NCBI GenBank assembly: GCA_038087875.1
Contig: CM075987.1
Location: forward strand, 26,848,001-26,912,000
DNA: 64,000 nucleotides
DNA from: Malacoraja senta
Taxonomy: Eukaryota
Direction: 5' to 3'
Shown: positions 34,825 to 47,360 of the stretch, piece after piece
Numbering within the stretch: position 1 is the first letter of the stretch
Layout of the letters: every line of letters begins with the position of its first letter
Made by a program: the position numbers and the translations under genes
The notes under the pieces: model-generated
What the model saw: only the letters and a program-made list of their open reading frames with translations
Database searches by the model: none
What the model was told of the DNA's origin: nothing

Positions 34825-35575
34825 TTGTCTTCATCATTGTGGCTATCCCCCGAGGTCGAGGATGATGGTCCACGTTCTGTTGTTTTTATGGATATAAGCC
34901 TCTCAGGAGGCTTATGAGTCCAATCCTGGCTTTGCAGCTCACAGAAGGAAGACGCCTGTGCGTGTGTGTGTTTAACGTGTACTTGATGTTGCGCGCCAAG
35001 AAGCACACGGTCCTTCACAAATCAATCAACTCATTCTAATGGCACGGGAACCTAGACGATTGGAGCTGATAGATCCGTTCCAGCCTTCATCCGCCTTCAC
35101 AACCTTCTGAACCTCCTGAATTTTGTAGTCGGCAGGGCAGTACTCTGCATATCGCCAACTTGGACAATTTAACATTTTTATCAAGCCAATTAACCTACAA
35201 ACCTGTATGTCTTTGGAGTGTGGGAGGAAACCGAAGATCTCGGAGAAAACCCACGCAGATCACGGGGAGAACATACAAACTCCATACAGACAGTACCCGT
35301 AGTCGGGATCGAACCCGGGTCTCTGGCGCTGCATTTTGCTGTAAGGCAGCAACTCTACCGCTGCGCCACCGTGACCGCCGTTGAGTTCAAGATAACTTTG
35401 TCTGCCTGGTCCACCGTTGAGGTCTTGCAGGTTGGATCGTTCTTAGTCTGGACCCTCATCCTCGACCTTACCGCCATCGGTGGCCCTACCAGACGCTGGT
35501 GCTTCCGGCGGCATCGCTCTCGGTACCATGCGGTCACGCAAGCCTCTTCACCACCACAAGGTCAACGATCCGAAG
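34825..35575 (-). mobile_element. RTE-derived retroposon (related to 6669-7075) interrupted by a V-SINE (~35155-35378)
   Basis: Shared blocks GACGCCTGTGCGTG, CAGCCTTCATCCGCCTTC, CCACCGTTGAGGTCTTG, CCTTACCGCCAT, GGCATCGCTCTC. Confidence 0.8.
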
Positions 35576-36647
35576 ATGTTATACCATGCACCCATTGTTG
35601 TAACAGAGAATTGGATCTACTGTCAACAAAGGTAGACTTGTGGATGGTCATCCTTTCTCAGTCTGAGGGAAGGGTCTCGACCTGAAACGTCACCCATTCC
35701 TTCTCTCCAGAGATGCTGCCTGTCCCGCTGAGTTACTCCAGCATTTTGTGTCTACTCCTGGTGTAAACCAGCACCTGCGGTTCCTTCCTGCACTAAACCT
35801 CTTCCATTGCAGGCGGGCCGATCTGACAGAGCCGAGGTGAGTGTGGACACTCCGGTCCGGTGCAGTAACAGGGCCCTGGCGCTCCTCGGCTGCCAAGTTT
35901 TCAGGTAGTGCAGAGGGAGGGTAATTAATCACGACAAGGCAGGCTGTCCAGTATCGCTCCGCTTGCTGTTGGATCTTGTGTTAATCCAGCTGAGGCTGCC
36001 ACTTGAAGTACCATCGGTGGGCACGGCTGTAAGATGAGGCAACACGCTGCCAGAGGCTGCGACTGCTCCGGGAACATTCAACACTTCAACCACGGGGATT
36101 TACACTTTGGTATCCTCATGTCAATCGGGCTGTTCGCCTGAAGTGTCCGGTTTTTTTACGAGTGCGCATAAAATAAACATAAAAGATAACAAGTTTTCTC
36201 ACACAATGCAGTAAAAGAATGTTGCCGGAGTTGCCAGCAATGAATGTCATTTATATAACTTTCCACTTCATTGAATGATGAACTAAAGATACTGATTGGC
36301 AAAAGTAGACACAGAATGGTGCAGTAACGCAGCGGGTCGGCCAACGTCACCCATCCCTTCTCTCCAGAGATGCTGCCTGTCCCGCTGAGTTACTCCAGCA
36401 TTTTGTATCTACCTTCGATTTAAACTGGCATCTGCAGTTCTTTCCTACACATACTGATTGGCGACCCCGTCTGAAGGCCATTTTAGTTTGCATCATGAAC
36501 TTGCAGTTGGATCAAGTTCTTTAAAATTAACGCCCCCTAACACTGATCCCGACCTGATGGAGGGAAGTTATTTAGTATTTGTTTAGAGATACAGCGCGGA
36601 AACAGGCCCTTTGGCCCAGCCAGTCCGCGCCGACCAGCGATCCCCGC

Positions 36648-37143
36648 TCGGGTTGCCAACTTTCTCACTCCCAAATAAGGGACACAAGGTCAAAATACGG
36701 GACAAATTCCCGACGGCAATTCGTTGACCGACTGGGCCGTGGCTGGGTGAATGATGAGTTGGCCCCAGGTGCTGGACTGCACACAAACCCAGCCGGCGGG
36801 CGGGCCAGCTGAGGAGTTTTGGCCCGGGCCGCGCGACATCGTGCGCAAAGTCCGGCGCACCGTCCAACTCATGAACCGATGATCGTCCATTAGAAGGGGT
36901 GGGTGGTGGTGTCGGCGGTAAGCGAAGGTCTGGACAGCTGGCCGGGCTGCCGACCGACGGGGCCACGGGCGAGGCGCTGCTGCTGCTGCTGCTGCACTCC
37001 ACGGGCTGCACTATGTCGGGACAGGTGACAGGCTCCGACCCGACAGTCCCCTAGACCCGAGTAGTAGCAGTCAAGTACGGGATAAACCAAGTTAGCCCAA
37101 TATATGGGATGTCCCAGCTAATACGGGACAGTTGGCAACCCTA
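36648..37143. mobile_element. hAT-type (Blackjack-like) MITE with GC-rich interior, inside a V-SINE
   Basis: Termini T(C)GGGTTGCCAAC / GTTGGCAACCCTA; subterminal AAATACGGGACA repeats. Confidence 0.75.
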
Positions 37144-38194
37144 AGTGCTAGCGTTGCCAACCCTAAGTTGCCAACACTAGCACTCTCCTACACACACTGG
37201 GGACAATTTACAAATTCTTGACCAAAGCCAATTATCCTAGGAACCGGAGGATAGACACAAAATGCTGGGGTAACTCAGCGGGACGGGCAGCATCACTGGA
37301 GAGAAGGAATGGTTGATGTTTCGGGTCGAGACCCTTCTTCAGACTGAGAGGGAGACACAGAAGGGTCACAGAAGAGATATGGAAGAGTATGGTGTGAAAC
37401 CGAGACATCAACGGGGAGGAAGGTCAAGGATAATGCAGATTAGATCACTGTTAGCTAGGGGAGGTGTCAACAAAGCATAAAGGGATTAAAAACCTAACAA
37501 ATCAGCACGTCTGTGGGAGGAAACCGGAGCACCCGGAGAAAACCCACGCAGGTCATGGGGGGGAAGGTACAAACTCCGTACAGACAGCACCCGAGGTCAG
37601 GATCGAACCCAGGTCTGTGGCGCTGTGAGGCAGCAACTCTACCGCTGCGCCACCATCCTGCCCAGATGTCATTGCTATAATTTCCACTCCAATGAATGTT
37701 CAAGTGCAGATGCTGGTTGGCGACCTGTCTGAATGGCGTTTTATTTTGCATCATGTACTTACGCAGTTGGATCAAGTTTTTTGTAATTCATTTCCCCTAA
37801 CTCTGACACCCACCAGATGGAGGGAAGTTATTGCTGTGTTCTTTCTTGGCTCCTGCACCACTCTGCTAATTTATGGACACCAAGTGCAGCCAGCACAGAA
37901 TCGCATCCGTTCCAAAAACATACAGGAAGCTGCACATTTTATCTTTGGCAGCAGGATCGGAGCCAGGTGAAAACTTTTTTTAAAATTTCTTCCCAGTGGT
38001 TTGGATCAATCTAATAATGTGTTCGTAATAAGTTGTAGTCGTAGAATTAGGGCCATTCGGCCCATCAGGTCTACTGCGCCATTGAGAAGTCAGGAGAATG
38101 GGGTTGAGAGGAAAGATTGGTCAGCCATGATTGGATGGGCAGAGTAGACTTGATTGGCCGAATGGCCTAATTCTTCTCCTATCGCTTATGAACT

Positions 38195-38510
38195 TGGGGC
38201 AGCGGTAGAGTTGCTGCCTTACAGCGCCTGCAGCGCCAGAGACCCGGGTTCGATCCCGACCACAGGCGCTGTCCTGTACGGAGTCTGTACGTTCTCCCCG
38301 TGACCTGCGTGGGTTTCCTCCGAAATCTTCAGTGTCCACCCACACTCCAAAGACGTACAGGTTTGCAGGTTAATTGGCTTGGTGTATGTGTAAATTGTCC
38401 CTAGCTTGTGCAGGACAGTGTTAGTGCGCGGGGATCGCCAGTCGGCGCGGACTCGGTGGGCCTGTTTCCCGCGCTGTATCTCGAAAACTAAAATTAAAAA
38501 CCAAAACTTA
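38195..38510 (+). mobile_element. V-SINE (HE1-like)
   Basis: SINE consensus. Confidence 0.85.
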
Positions 38511-38924
38511 TGATGCGTATTATAGCTTCACCCTGGTTTTCCCCTTTGATAGCAGAGTCACAGCCGTGATCGTGTAAATTGCCTGTAAAGTTCCACCTGC
38601 CTTGATTCATCCCCTTTGTGTTAGTAAAAGCACTTTACAGCCTTTATTGTCACCCTGCCTGCAATTGCGTTACCCGATTTTCCTGACAATTCCTGCATGA
38701 ATCTGGCTCTGTCATTCCGTTTTAGTTTACAGGTTCAGCTTGGAACAAGGCCCTTCGGTCCACCGTGTCCAGACTGACCACCCATTCACACGAGTTCTTT
38801 CTCATCCACTCCCTACATGTTAGGGGGCGATTTACAGAGGCCAATTAACCTGTAAACCTGCATGTCTTTAGGATGTATGAGGAAACCAGAGTAACCGGAG
38901 AAAACTCACATGGTTAGTTCTTAA

Positions 38925-39485
38925 GGTAGACAAAAATGCTGGAGAAACTCAGCGGGTGAGGCAGCATCTATGGAGCAAAGGAAATAGGTGACGTTTCGGG
39001 TCGAGACCCTTCTTCAGACTGATGTGAGGGTGGGGAGAATAACAATATTAATATAATAATATTATTAATAATAATAATATTCGCAATAACCAACCTGATC
39101 TCACGGTGGCTCAGCACTTCAACTCCCCCTCCCATTCCGAATCCAACCGTTCTGTCCTGGGCCTCCTCCATGGCCAGAGTGAGGCTCACCGTAAATTGGA
39201 GGAGCAGCACCTCATATTTCACTTGGGTAGTTTATTCACTTGGGCAGTTAGTCCCTGCTTTCTCCCTCTTTCCCCTCCCCTTGCCAGCTCTCCCACAGCC
39301 CACTGTCTCCGCCTCTTCCTTTCTTCTTCCCGCCCCCCCCCCCCCACCCTCACATCAGTCCGAAAAAGGGTCTTGACCCGAAATGTCACCTATTTCCTTC
39401 GCTCCATAGATGCTGCCTCACCCGCTGAGTTTCTCCAACATTTTTGTCTACCTTCGATTGTCCAGCGTCTGCTGTTCCTTCTTAA
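38925..39485 (+). mobile_element. Penelope-like 3' fragment with inverted pLTR
   Basis: VAQHFNSPSHS...LGLLHGQSEAHRKLEEQHLIFHLGS (GIY-YIG C-terminus); inverted copy of the terminal segment at 38925-39030. Confidence 0.8.
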
Positions 39486-39659
39486 ACTGGTTAGTTCTTG
39501 TTCATAAGTGATAGGAGCAGAATTAGGCCATTTGGCCCATCCAGTCCACCGCCATTCGATCATGGCTGATCTATCTCTCCTTCTCAACCCTATTCTCCTG
39601 CCTTCTCCCCATAACCCCTGACACCCGTGCTAATCAACAATCTCTCAAACTCTGCCTTA

Positions 39660-39836
39660 TGGGCCTGTCCCACTTAGGCGACTCTTTAGGCGACTGCCAG
39701 GGACTAATTTGAATGGAACTCACCTACGACACCTGGCGACAACCTACGACAGCAAAAATTGTCGCCGGAAAATTGTGAACATTTTACGACAGTCGCCTGT
39801 AGTCACCCAAAAAATCGCCTAAGTGGGACAGGCCCA
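39660..39836. mobile_element. PIF/Harbinger MITE, family C, inside a CR1 fragment
   Basis: TGGGCCTGTCCCACTTAGGCGA / TCGCCTAAGTGGGACAGGCCCA; TTA TSD. Confidence 0.85.
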
Positions 39837-41549
39837 TTACAAGTACCCCATGACAGCCTTCACAGCCTTCTGTGGCAATGGATTCCATAGATTCACCACT
39901 ATAACTCAAGCAGTTCATCCTCATCTCCTTTACAAAAGTATGTCCTTTTAGTCTGAGGCTGTGGCCATGTATCAAGGTTACATATTGCAAGGACAAAGTG
40001 GATATGCTCTATGGAGAGCTCCCAAACACGGGATCGAACTTGGTCTGGTCAAGATTCCAGCATCCAGCAGAGATTTTACAAGTTTACTAGTTCACAAGTT
40101 ATAGGAGTAGAATTAGGCCATTCGGCCCATCGAGTCTATTCCGCCATTCAATCATGGCCGATCTCTGCCTCCCAATCCCATTTTCCTGCCTTCTCCCCAT
40201 AACCCTTGACACCCGTTCTAATCAAGAATTTGTCTATCTCTGCCTGAAAAATATTCACTGACTTGGCCTCCACAGCCCTCTGTGGCAATGAGTTTCACAG
40301 ATTGACTAAAGAAGTTCCTCCTCACCTCCTTTCTAAAAGAGCGCCCTTTAATTCTGAGGCTGTGACCTCTGGTCCTAGACTCTCCCACCAGTGGAAACAT
40401 CTATCTATGCTTTTCATTATTCTGTAAGTTTCAATGTCCCCCCCTGCCCCCCCCCTACAACCTTCTGAACACTGTAGCTCACGATTCCAGCATCTGCAAT
40501 TCCTTGTGTCTCTATTGTTCAGGCCATATTATTTCAGTCAGGCATTCAATGCCAATAGAAAGGTTGCTATTTATTTGGAGTGAAGCGTTGAAGGCAAAAT
40601 ATAGCTTTATCAAATTTCATTTTCATCCTGAGGTGTTTCATTAAACTACAGAAGCTGCTTTTTGCCACGGGAGGGTTGAGTGATGGGGGCAAACAGCCAG
40701 CAATAATCTTGGAATATGTCTTCCTCAAGAACTTTAAAAGAAAAGTCAGTTGTAAAATTTGGACTCAAACCTGCTCAGTCACATATTCAATTCAAGTGAG
40801 TTTATTGTCATGTGTTCCCTGATAGGACAATGAAATTCTAGCTTTTCTTCAGCACAACAGAATATTGCTACCGTTATAGAGTCACACAGACCTTTCGGCC
40901 CACCTTTAGTTTTTGGTTCAGGAGATACAGGGCGGAAACAGGCCCTTCGGCCCACCGCGTACGCGTCGTCCAGAGATCCCCGGCACGGTGGCGCAGCGGT
41001 AGAGTTGCTGCCTTACCGAAGACCCGGATCGATCCCGACTACGGGTGATTTCTGTGCGGAGTTTGTACGTTCTCCCCGTGACCCGCGTGGGTTTTCTCCG
41101 AGATCTTCGGTTTCCTCCCACACACTCCAAAAAACGTGCAGGTTAATTGGCTTGGTATAAATGTACAAATTGTCTCTTGTGTTTGTAGTGTAGTGTTAGT
41201 TTCTTTTATTTTTTTAGTTTAGGTTACTTTAATTTGGAGATACATCGCGGAAACAGGCCCTTCGGCCCACCGAGCCCGCACCGACCAGCGATCCCCGCAC
41301 ATTAACTCTAAACAAAACTAAACTCTTTCCAAAGAGAGACACAAAAAGCTGGTTGTATCTCAGCGGGACAGGTAGCATCTCTGCAGAGAAGAAATGGGTG
41401 ACGTTTCGGGACCGAGACCCTGTCCCTCTGAGTTAATCCAGCTTTTTGTGTGTATCAAGTTCCGCACTACACGCTACGAATCCCAGTTGTGGAGACACTG
41501 GTACCGTTGTCTCATTGTAGGACATTGATCAATCTTTTATTCTGGATTT

Positions 41550-41950
41550 TTGTTTTTGAAAATATTTTTATTGGAGATAAGTACACAACATATTATCATC
41601 ATTACCAGTCTTACATTTTTAAATTGATAATATTGTCAATTATTATTACATTGTCTCCAATACCTTTTGCCTTTTTTTTGTTTGTTTTTTAAACTAGATA
41701 GAACTAAAAAGATAGATGAAGTAAAGAAAGAAAAGAGAAAGAAAAAAAAAAAAAAAAAAAAAAAACAGAAAAGAAAAGATAGTTAAAGAAGATTGGAAAC
41801 ATTTATTAAGATAAAAAACTTCGTTTGAGATATATTCGTACATTTCAGAGTATAACATTTCATCCATTCTTTAGCCCGAGTGCTAGTCAGGTTCTTGTGC
41901 TGAACCATTCTGACCCTTTAAATAATCAATAAAGGGAGACCATGTTCCAA
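41550..41950 (-). mobile_element. L1-clade LINE 3' end
   Basis: Minus strand: ...TWSPFIDYLK end of ORF2, U-rich UTR, AATAAA near 41560. Confidence 0.65.
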
Positions 41951-42842
41951 CGTTATTCTGGATTTTAATTCATGTATTGTGTTTTTTTTTAAATATATAA
42001 TTTATGATGCTTTTATAAGTGATATACTAAGATTTTATGATGTTTTTAATATGCAATGCATTTTTATGTAATATTCTCCCTTGTCTGGACCTTGAGTCCG
42101 AAATAAAGCTTATTATTATTATTATTATTATCCTTGGATTAAACCAGCATCTGCAGTTCTTTCTTACACACAAACTCTTTCCGGGCCTTTCACTATTCGG
42201 TAAGTTTCAATGAGAGTCGCCCACTCATCCTTCTAAACTCCAGCGAGTACAGGCCCACTGCTGTCAAACGCTTTTGAGAGCCTTCAAATCTATGTTAGCT
42301 ATAAAATCTACAATAGTGAACATTTTTACCTGGCATATTCACGTTTCATTTCCATGCTGAAGTCAGAGGTAGCGAAAGATATCACGGCAAACAGCAGGTA
42401 AATCAGCACCAGCAACGTACAGAATAATGAAAGGCCAGGATAGAGTGGATGTGGAGAGGATGTTTCCACGAGTGGGAGAGTCTAGGAGTAGAGATCATAA
42501 CCCCCAAGTTAAAGGATGTTTCATTAGGAAGGAGATGAAGAGGAATTTTTTTAGTCAGAGGGTGGTGAATCTGTGGAATTTTTTGCCATAGAAGGCTGTG
42601 GAGGCCAAGTCAGTGGATATTTTTAAGGCAGAGATAGATAGATTCTTGATTAATACTGGTGTCAGAGGTTATGGGGAGAAGGCAGGAGAATGGAGTTAGG
42701 AGAGATAGATCAGCCATGATTGAATGGCGGAGTAGACTTGATGGGCCGAATGTCCTAATTCTACTCCTATTCTTATGACCTTATGAAGTAGAGGAAGGGA
42801 GATGCAAGCCAGATCGGCGACATGAGACGAGTTATAGAACCG

Positions 42843-43042
42843 NNNNNNNNNNNNNNNNNNNNNNNNNNNNNNNNNNNNNNNNNNNNNNNNNNNNNNNNNN
42901 NNNNNNNNNNNNNNNNNNNNNNNNNNNNNNNNNNNNNNNNNNNNNNNNNNNNNNNNNNNNNNNNNNNNNNNNNNNNNNNNNNNNNNNNNNNNNNNNNNNN
43001 NNNNNNNNNNNNNNNNNNNNNNNNNNNNNNNNNNNNNNNNNN
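42843..43042. other. Assembly gap (200 N)
   Basis: Run of N. Confidence 1.
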
Positions 43043-43471
43043 CGCCCTTAGTTATCCCCATATCTCCAGATTGTGGCAAAGGGCTTAGATTTGGGGGGGA
43101 AACAAAGGCTTTTCATTGTACCATGGTACATGTGACAATACACTAAACTAAACTAAATGGACAGAATTAAGAATCACGTAGATATGAAACAAGATCAGAA
43201 CAGAGTTGGAGTTTAAATTTTATGCAGGAAAAGTTCAACTAGTAAAAAAAATTAATTTCTAGATAGGAATCAGAGAGTTTTCCTAGAACGCTATGTTCCC
43301 GAACTGACAAGTGTGTCTGGTCGTAGAAGATTTACTGATGAGCAATTGAACAGAGATCACTAACAGACTGACAGCAATAGAACTTCTTGCAAATTGTCAA
43401 TGGAATATTGAGAATTAGATGTGAGTTTTTGGTGAGGCTGAGCTTGTTGAGGAGGGAATAGCACAAGGTTA

Positions 43472-43697
43472 AGGGCCTGTCCCACTTTCACGACCTAATT
43501 CACCACCTTTTTTACTCGTGGACATTTTTCATCATGCTAGAAAAACGCCCCGACCTACTTGATGCCACGAGTACCTACGACTAGCATCACGGCCTGCTAC
43601 GACCTACCTACGACCTACCTACGACCTTGTGACGACCATGCTGCGAGTATGAGTCAAGGGCAAACTCGGCAGAGGTCGTGAAAGTGGGACAGGGCCT
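43472..43697. mobile_element. PIF/Harbinger MITE, family D
   Basis: AGGGCCTGTCCCACTTTCACGACC / GGTCGTGAAAGTGGGACAGGGCCT; flanks TTA/TAA; internal CGACCTAC repeats. Confidence 0.85.
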
Positions 43698-43939
43698 TAA
43701 GGCTTTACACTTAATTGAGACACAGACTGATGCCCAGAAATATTGAAGGAAGGACCAGTCAATTGAAAGAACCGAGAACAAAACTGTTATGTGGTCAGTC
43801 TACTATAATGTGAACAACGTTATACAGTGTATCGTGTAGAAAGGATCTTCTGCATGAGGAATATCATAGTCTTACAGTGTGGAAACAATAGAGTGGGAAA
43901 ATAGAGTCATCAGTCGCAGTCATAGAGTCATCAAGTCAT

Positions 43940-44410
43940 GGAGACACAGAGACACAGGGACACAGGGACACAGGGACACAGGGACACAGGGACACAGAGT
44001 CACAGAGTCACAGGGACACAGGGACACAGGGACACAGGGACACAGGGACACAGGGACACAGGGACACAGGGACACAGGGACACAGGGACACAGGGACACA
44101 GGGACACAGGGACACAGAGACACAGGGACACAGGGACACAGGGACACAGGGACACAGGGACACAGGGACACAGGGACACAGGGACACAGGGACACAGGGA
44201 CACAGGGACACAGGGACACAGAGACACAGAGACACAGGGACACAGGGACACAGGGACACAGGGACACAGGGACACAGGGACACAGAGACACAGGGACACA
44301 GAGACACAGAGACACAGGGACACAGAGTCACAGGGACACAGGGACACAGGGACACAGGGACACAGGGACACAGGGACACAGGGACACAGGGACACAGGGA
44401 CACAGGGACA
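43940..44410. repeat. (GGGACACA)n 8-bp tandem expansion
   Basis: ~58 units, grading from (ATAGAGTC)n, the CR1-type tail motif. Confidence 0.95.
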
Positions 44411-44717
44411 TAGAATCAATAGTCAAAAGTTCCAGCTTGGAAAATTAGCCATAGAGCGATACAGCATGGAAACTGACCCTTTGGCCAAACTTGCCCACAC
44501 CACCCAACACCTCCCATCTACAGGCAGGTGGAAGTAGATTGGGCATGTTGGTCGGCATGGGCAAGTTTCCACACTGTATGATTCTATGACTCTATCACCC
44601 GACTTATAAAAACAGAAACACAGTGGGATATATTCAAAATAAATTTGCCAATGTTTCATATCTCTCGTAGAAGTTGAGGTTGTTTAAGAGGCAAAGTTAG
44701 TCAATATAGTGAGATAT

Positions 44718-45010
44718 AGTGGCACGTTGGCATAGCGGTAGAGTTGCTGCCTTACAGTGCCTGAGACCCGGGTTCGATCTCGACTACGGGTGCTGTCTGT
44801 GAGGAGTTTGTACGTTCACAACGTGACCTGCGTGGGTTTCCTCCGAGATCTTCGGTTTCTTCCCACACTCCAAAAGCGTATAGGTTTGTAGGTTAATTGG
44901 CTTGGTATAAATGTGAATTGTCCCTCGTGTTAATGTGCGGGGATCGCTGGTCGGCGCCGACTCGGTGGGCCAAAGGCCCTGTTTCCGCGCTGTATCTCTA
45001 AACTAAACTT
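44718..45010 (+). mobile_element. V-SINE (HE1-like)
   Basis: SINE consensus. Confidence 0.85.
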
Positions 45011-46075
45011 GGCTAAAGAGACAGATGCATGGATAGGACAGGTTTAGTGGGATATTGGCCAAATATCGGCTGGTGGGACTAGTGTAGATAGGACATGTTG
45101 GTCGGTGTGGTCAAGTTTCCACGCTGTATCTCTAAGCTAAACTAATGTAAACTAGACTAGACCCAAGGCAAACAAGCTGACACAAAGGTTGAGAATTCGC
45201 CAGATTGGGAAAACAATTTCTGCTTCTTGACAATCGAGAAAATTAAAACCCATCAAGGCTCAGGAGGAGGCTTACGGCCTCTCAGGGCCGTGCCAGAGTT
45301 TTGTTCACGGGGTAAAGTTAATAGAAAGATAATGAGGTGAACAAAGAGAGAGATGCAGTGATATCATTCCATTAACTCAAACCCCCCCCCCGGGGATGGA
45401 TGGGTGGATCTTGCTTAGACTGAACAAAGGCATAAGTGGATTTTCTTTGAACATGATCAGGAGGCTTCACTTTACCACTGGAATGAATCAGTAAGTAGAT
45501 CAGAAAATAAATCTGGAGGACGGCGTTCCTTTCAGAAACAGGCCCTCCTTCAAGTTTCGCAACCTGATTATTAACTGGAGTAGCGTTATGTGAAGTCATG
45601 TCCTTGGCGCATAATTTTATTCAGAATATAATATTTCGCGACGAAAAGGTGTATTTATATCGGAGTACCTGCTACCCACACTATGTGGAGATTTCAACCT
45701 GCTGTGAGTTTAATGTATCTGAGTGCGTTGAATGCTAGGTAGCTGGCTGAAAGCTTCAAAAACAATTTTGCACATCAAGTTACCTGCCCTTTTCAAGTTA
45801 CCTCCTGGCTGTGACTTTACCATTTCCCTTCAATTAAATGAGACAAGGTGTGCTGGTACTCAGCGATGTCTTCATACAGTCGTAGAGTGATACAGCGTGG
45901 AATGCAGGCCCTTCGGCCCAACTTGCCCACACCGACCAACATGTCCCCGGCTACACCAGTCCCACTTGCCTGCGTTTGGCCCATATCCCTCTAAACCTGT
46001 CCTATCCATGTACCTACCTAATTCTTTCTTAAACGTTGTGCCTCAATCACCTCCTCTGGCAGCTCGTTCCATACA

Positions 46076-46212
46076 GTGGGGGTGGGAGATTGCAACCTTC
46101 AAGTGGCCCGCCCTGTTTCGACGAATGCAATCAACCCGGCATGCAAAATCAAATAAGATCGAATAGAACAAGTGGCCGCACAGCTTTAGGCTGTGCACGC
46201 CATACGCAAGAA
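46076..46212 (+). mobile_element. ~135-bp short retroposon, copy 1 (inside a CR1)
   Basis: TSD GTTCCATACA (46066-46075 / 46213-46222); homologous to 60682-60814. Confidence 0.8.
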
Positions 46213-46544
46213 GTTCCATACAACCACCACGCTCTGTGTGAAAAAGTTACCCCTCAGATTCCTATTCAATCTTTTCCCCTTCCACTTATCATTACGTCTT
46301 CTGGTTCTCGATTCCCCAACTCTGGGCAAGAGACCGTGTGCGTCTACCCGATCTATTCCTCTTATGCCTTTATACATCTTTATAATGAATGGCACGGTGG
46401 CGCAACGGTACAGTTGCTGCATCACAGCGCCAGAGACCCAGGTTCGATCCCGACTACGGGTACTGTCTGTGTGGGTGTTTGTACGTTATCCCCATGACCT
46501 GCGTGGGTTTTCTCTGGGTGCTCCGGTTTCCTCCCAGACTCCAA

Positions 46545-47360
46545 CTTGTGAGGTTATCCACTTTGGTGGCAAAAACAGGAAAGTAGACTATTATCTAAAT
46601 GGTGGCCGATTAGGAAAAGGGGAGATGCAGCGAGACCTGGGTGTCATGGTACACCAGTCATTGAAAGTAGGCATGCAGGTGCAGCAGGCAGTGAAGAAAG
46701 CGAGTGGTATGTTAGCATTCATAGCAAATGGATTTGAGTATAGGAGCAGGGAGGTTCTACTGCAGTTGTACAGGGTCTTGGTGAGACCACACCTGGAGTA
46801 TTGCGTACAGTTTTGGTCTCCAAATCTGAGGAAGGACATTATAGCCATAGAGGGAGTGCAGAGAAGGTTCACCAGACTGATTCCTGGGATGTCAGGACTT
46901 TCATATGAAGAAAGACTGGATAGACTCAGCTTGTACTCGATAGAATTTAGAAGATTGAGGGGGGATCTTATAGAAACTTACAAAATTCTTAAGGGGTTGG
47001 ACAGGCTAGATGCAGGAAGATTGTTCCCAATGTTGGGGAAGTCCAAGACAAGGGGTCACAGTTTAAGGATTAAGGGGAAATCCTTTAGGACCGAGATGAG
47101 AAAAACATTTTTCACACAGAGAGTGGTGAATCTCTGGAACTCTCTGCCACAGAGGCCAGTTCATTGGCTATATTTAAGAGGGAGTTAGATGTGGCCCTTG
47201 TGGCTAAAGGGATCAGGGGGTATGGAGAGAAGGCAGGTACAGGATACTGAGTTGGATGATCAGCCATGATCATATTGAATGGCGGTGCAGGCTCGAAGGG
47301 CCGAATGGCCTACTCCTGCACCTATTTTCTATGTTTCTATGTTTCTATGTTTCTATGTTT
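46545..47360 (+). mobile_element. CR1 LINE 3' ~0.8 kb inserted into a V-SINE (46390-46544 + 47361-47515)
   Basis: CEVIHFG...QRDLGVMVHQSLK...LVRPHLEYCVQFWSP...; (TTTCTATG)n tail; SINE rejoins at CTCCAA|AGAC. Confidence 0.95.

Noticed and set aside
36270..36480. ATGATGA...CTGA as a possible C/D snoRNA
   Set aside because: Interrupted by a repeat insertion, and the C box is not kept in the duplicate at ~37690
43879..44537. Long HRDTGTQG / VSLCPCVP repeat ORFs
   Set aside because: Translations of the (GGGACACA)n tandem repeat
46193..47188. 331-aa ORF, the longest in the window
   Set aside because: Chance fusion of antisense CR1, a V-SINE head and a CR1 ORF2 C-terminus; not a host gene
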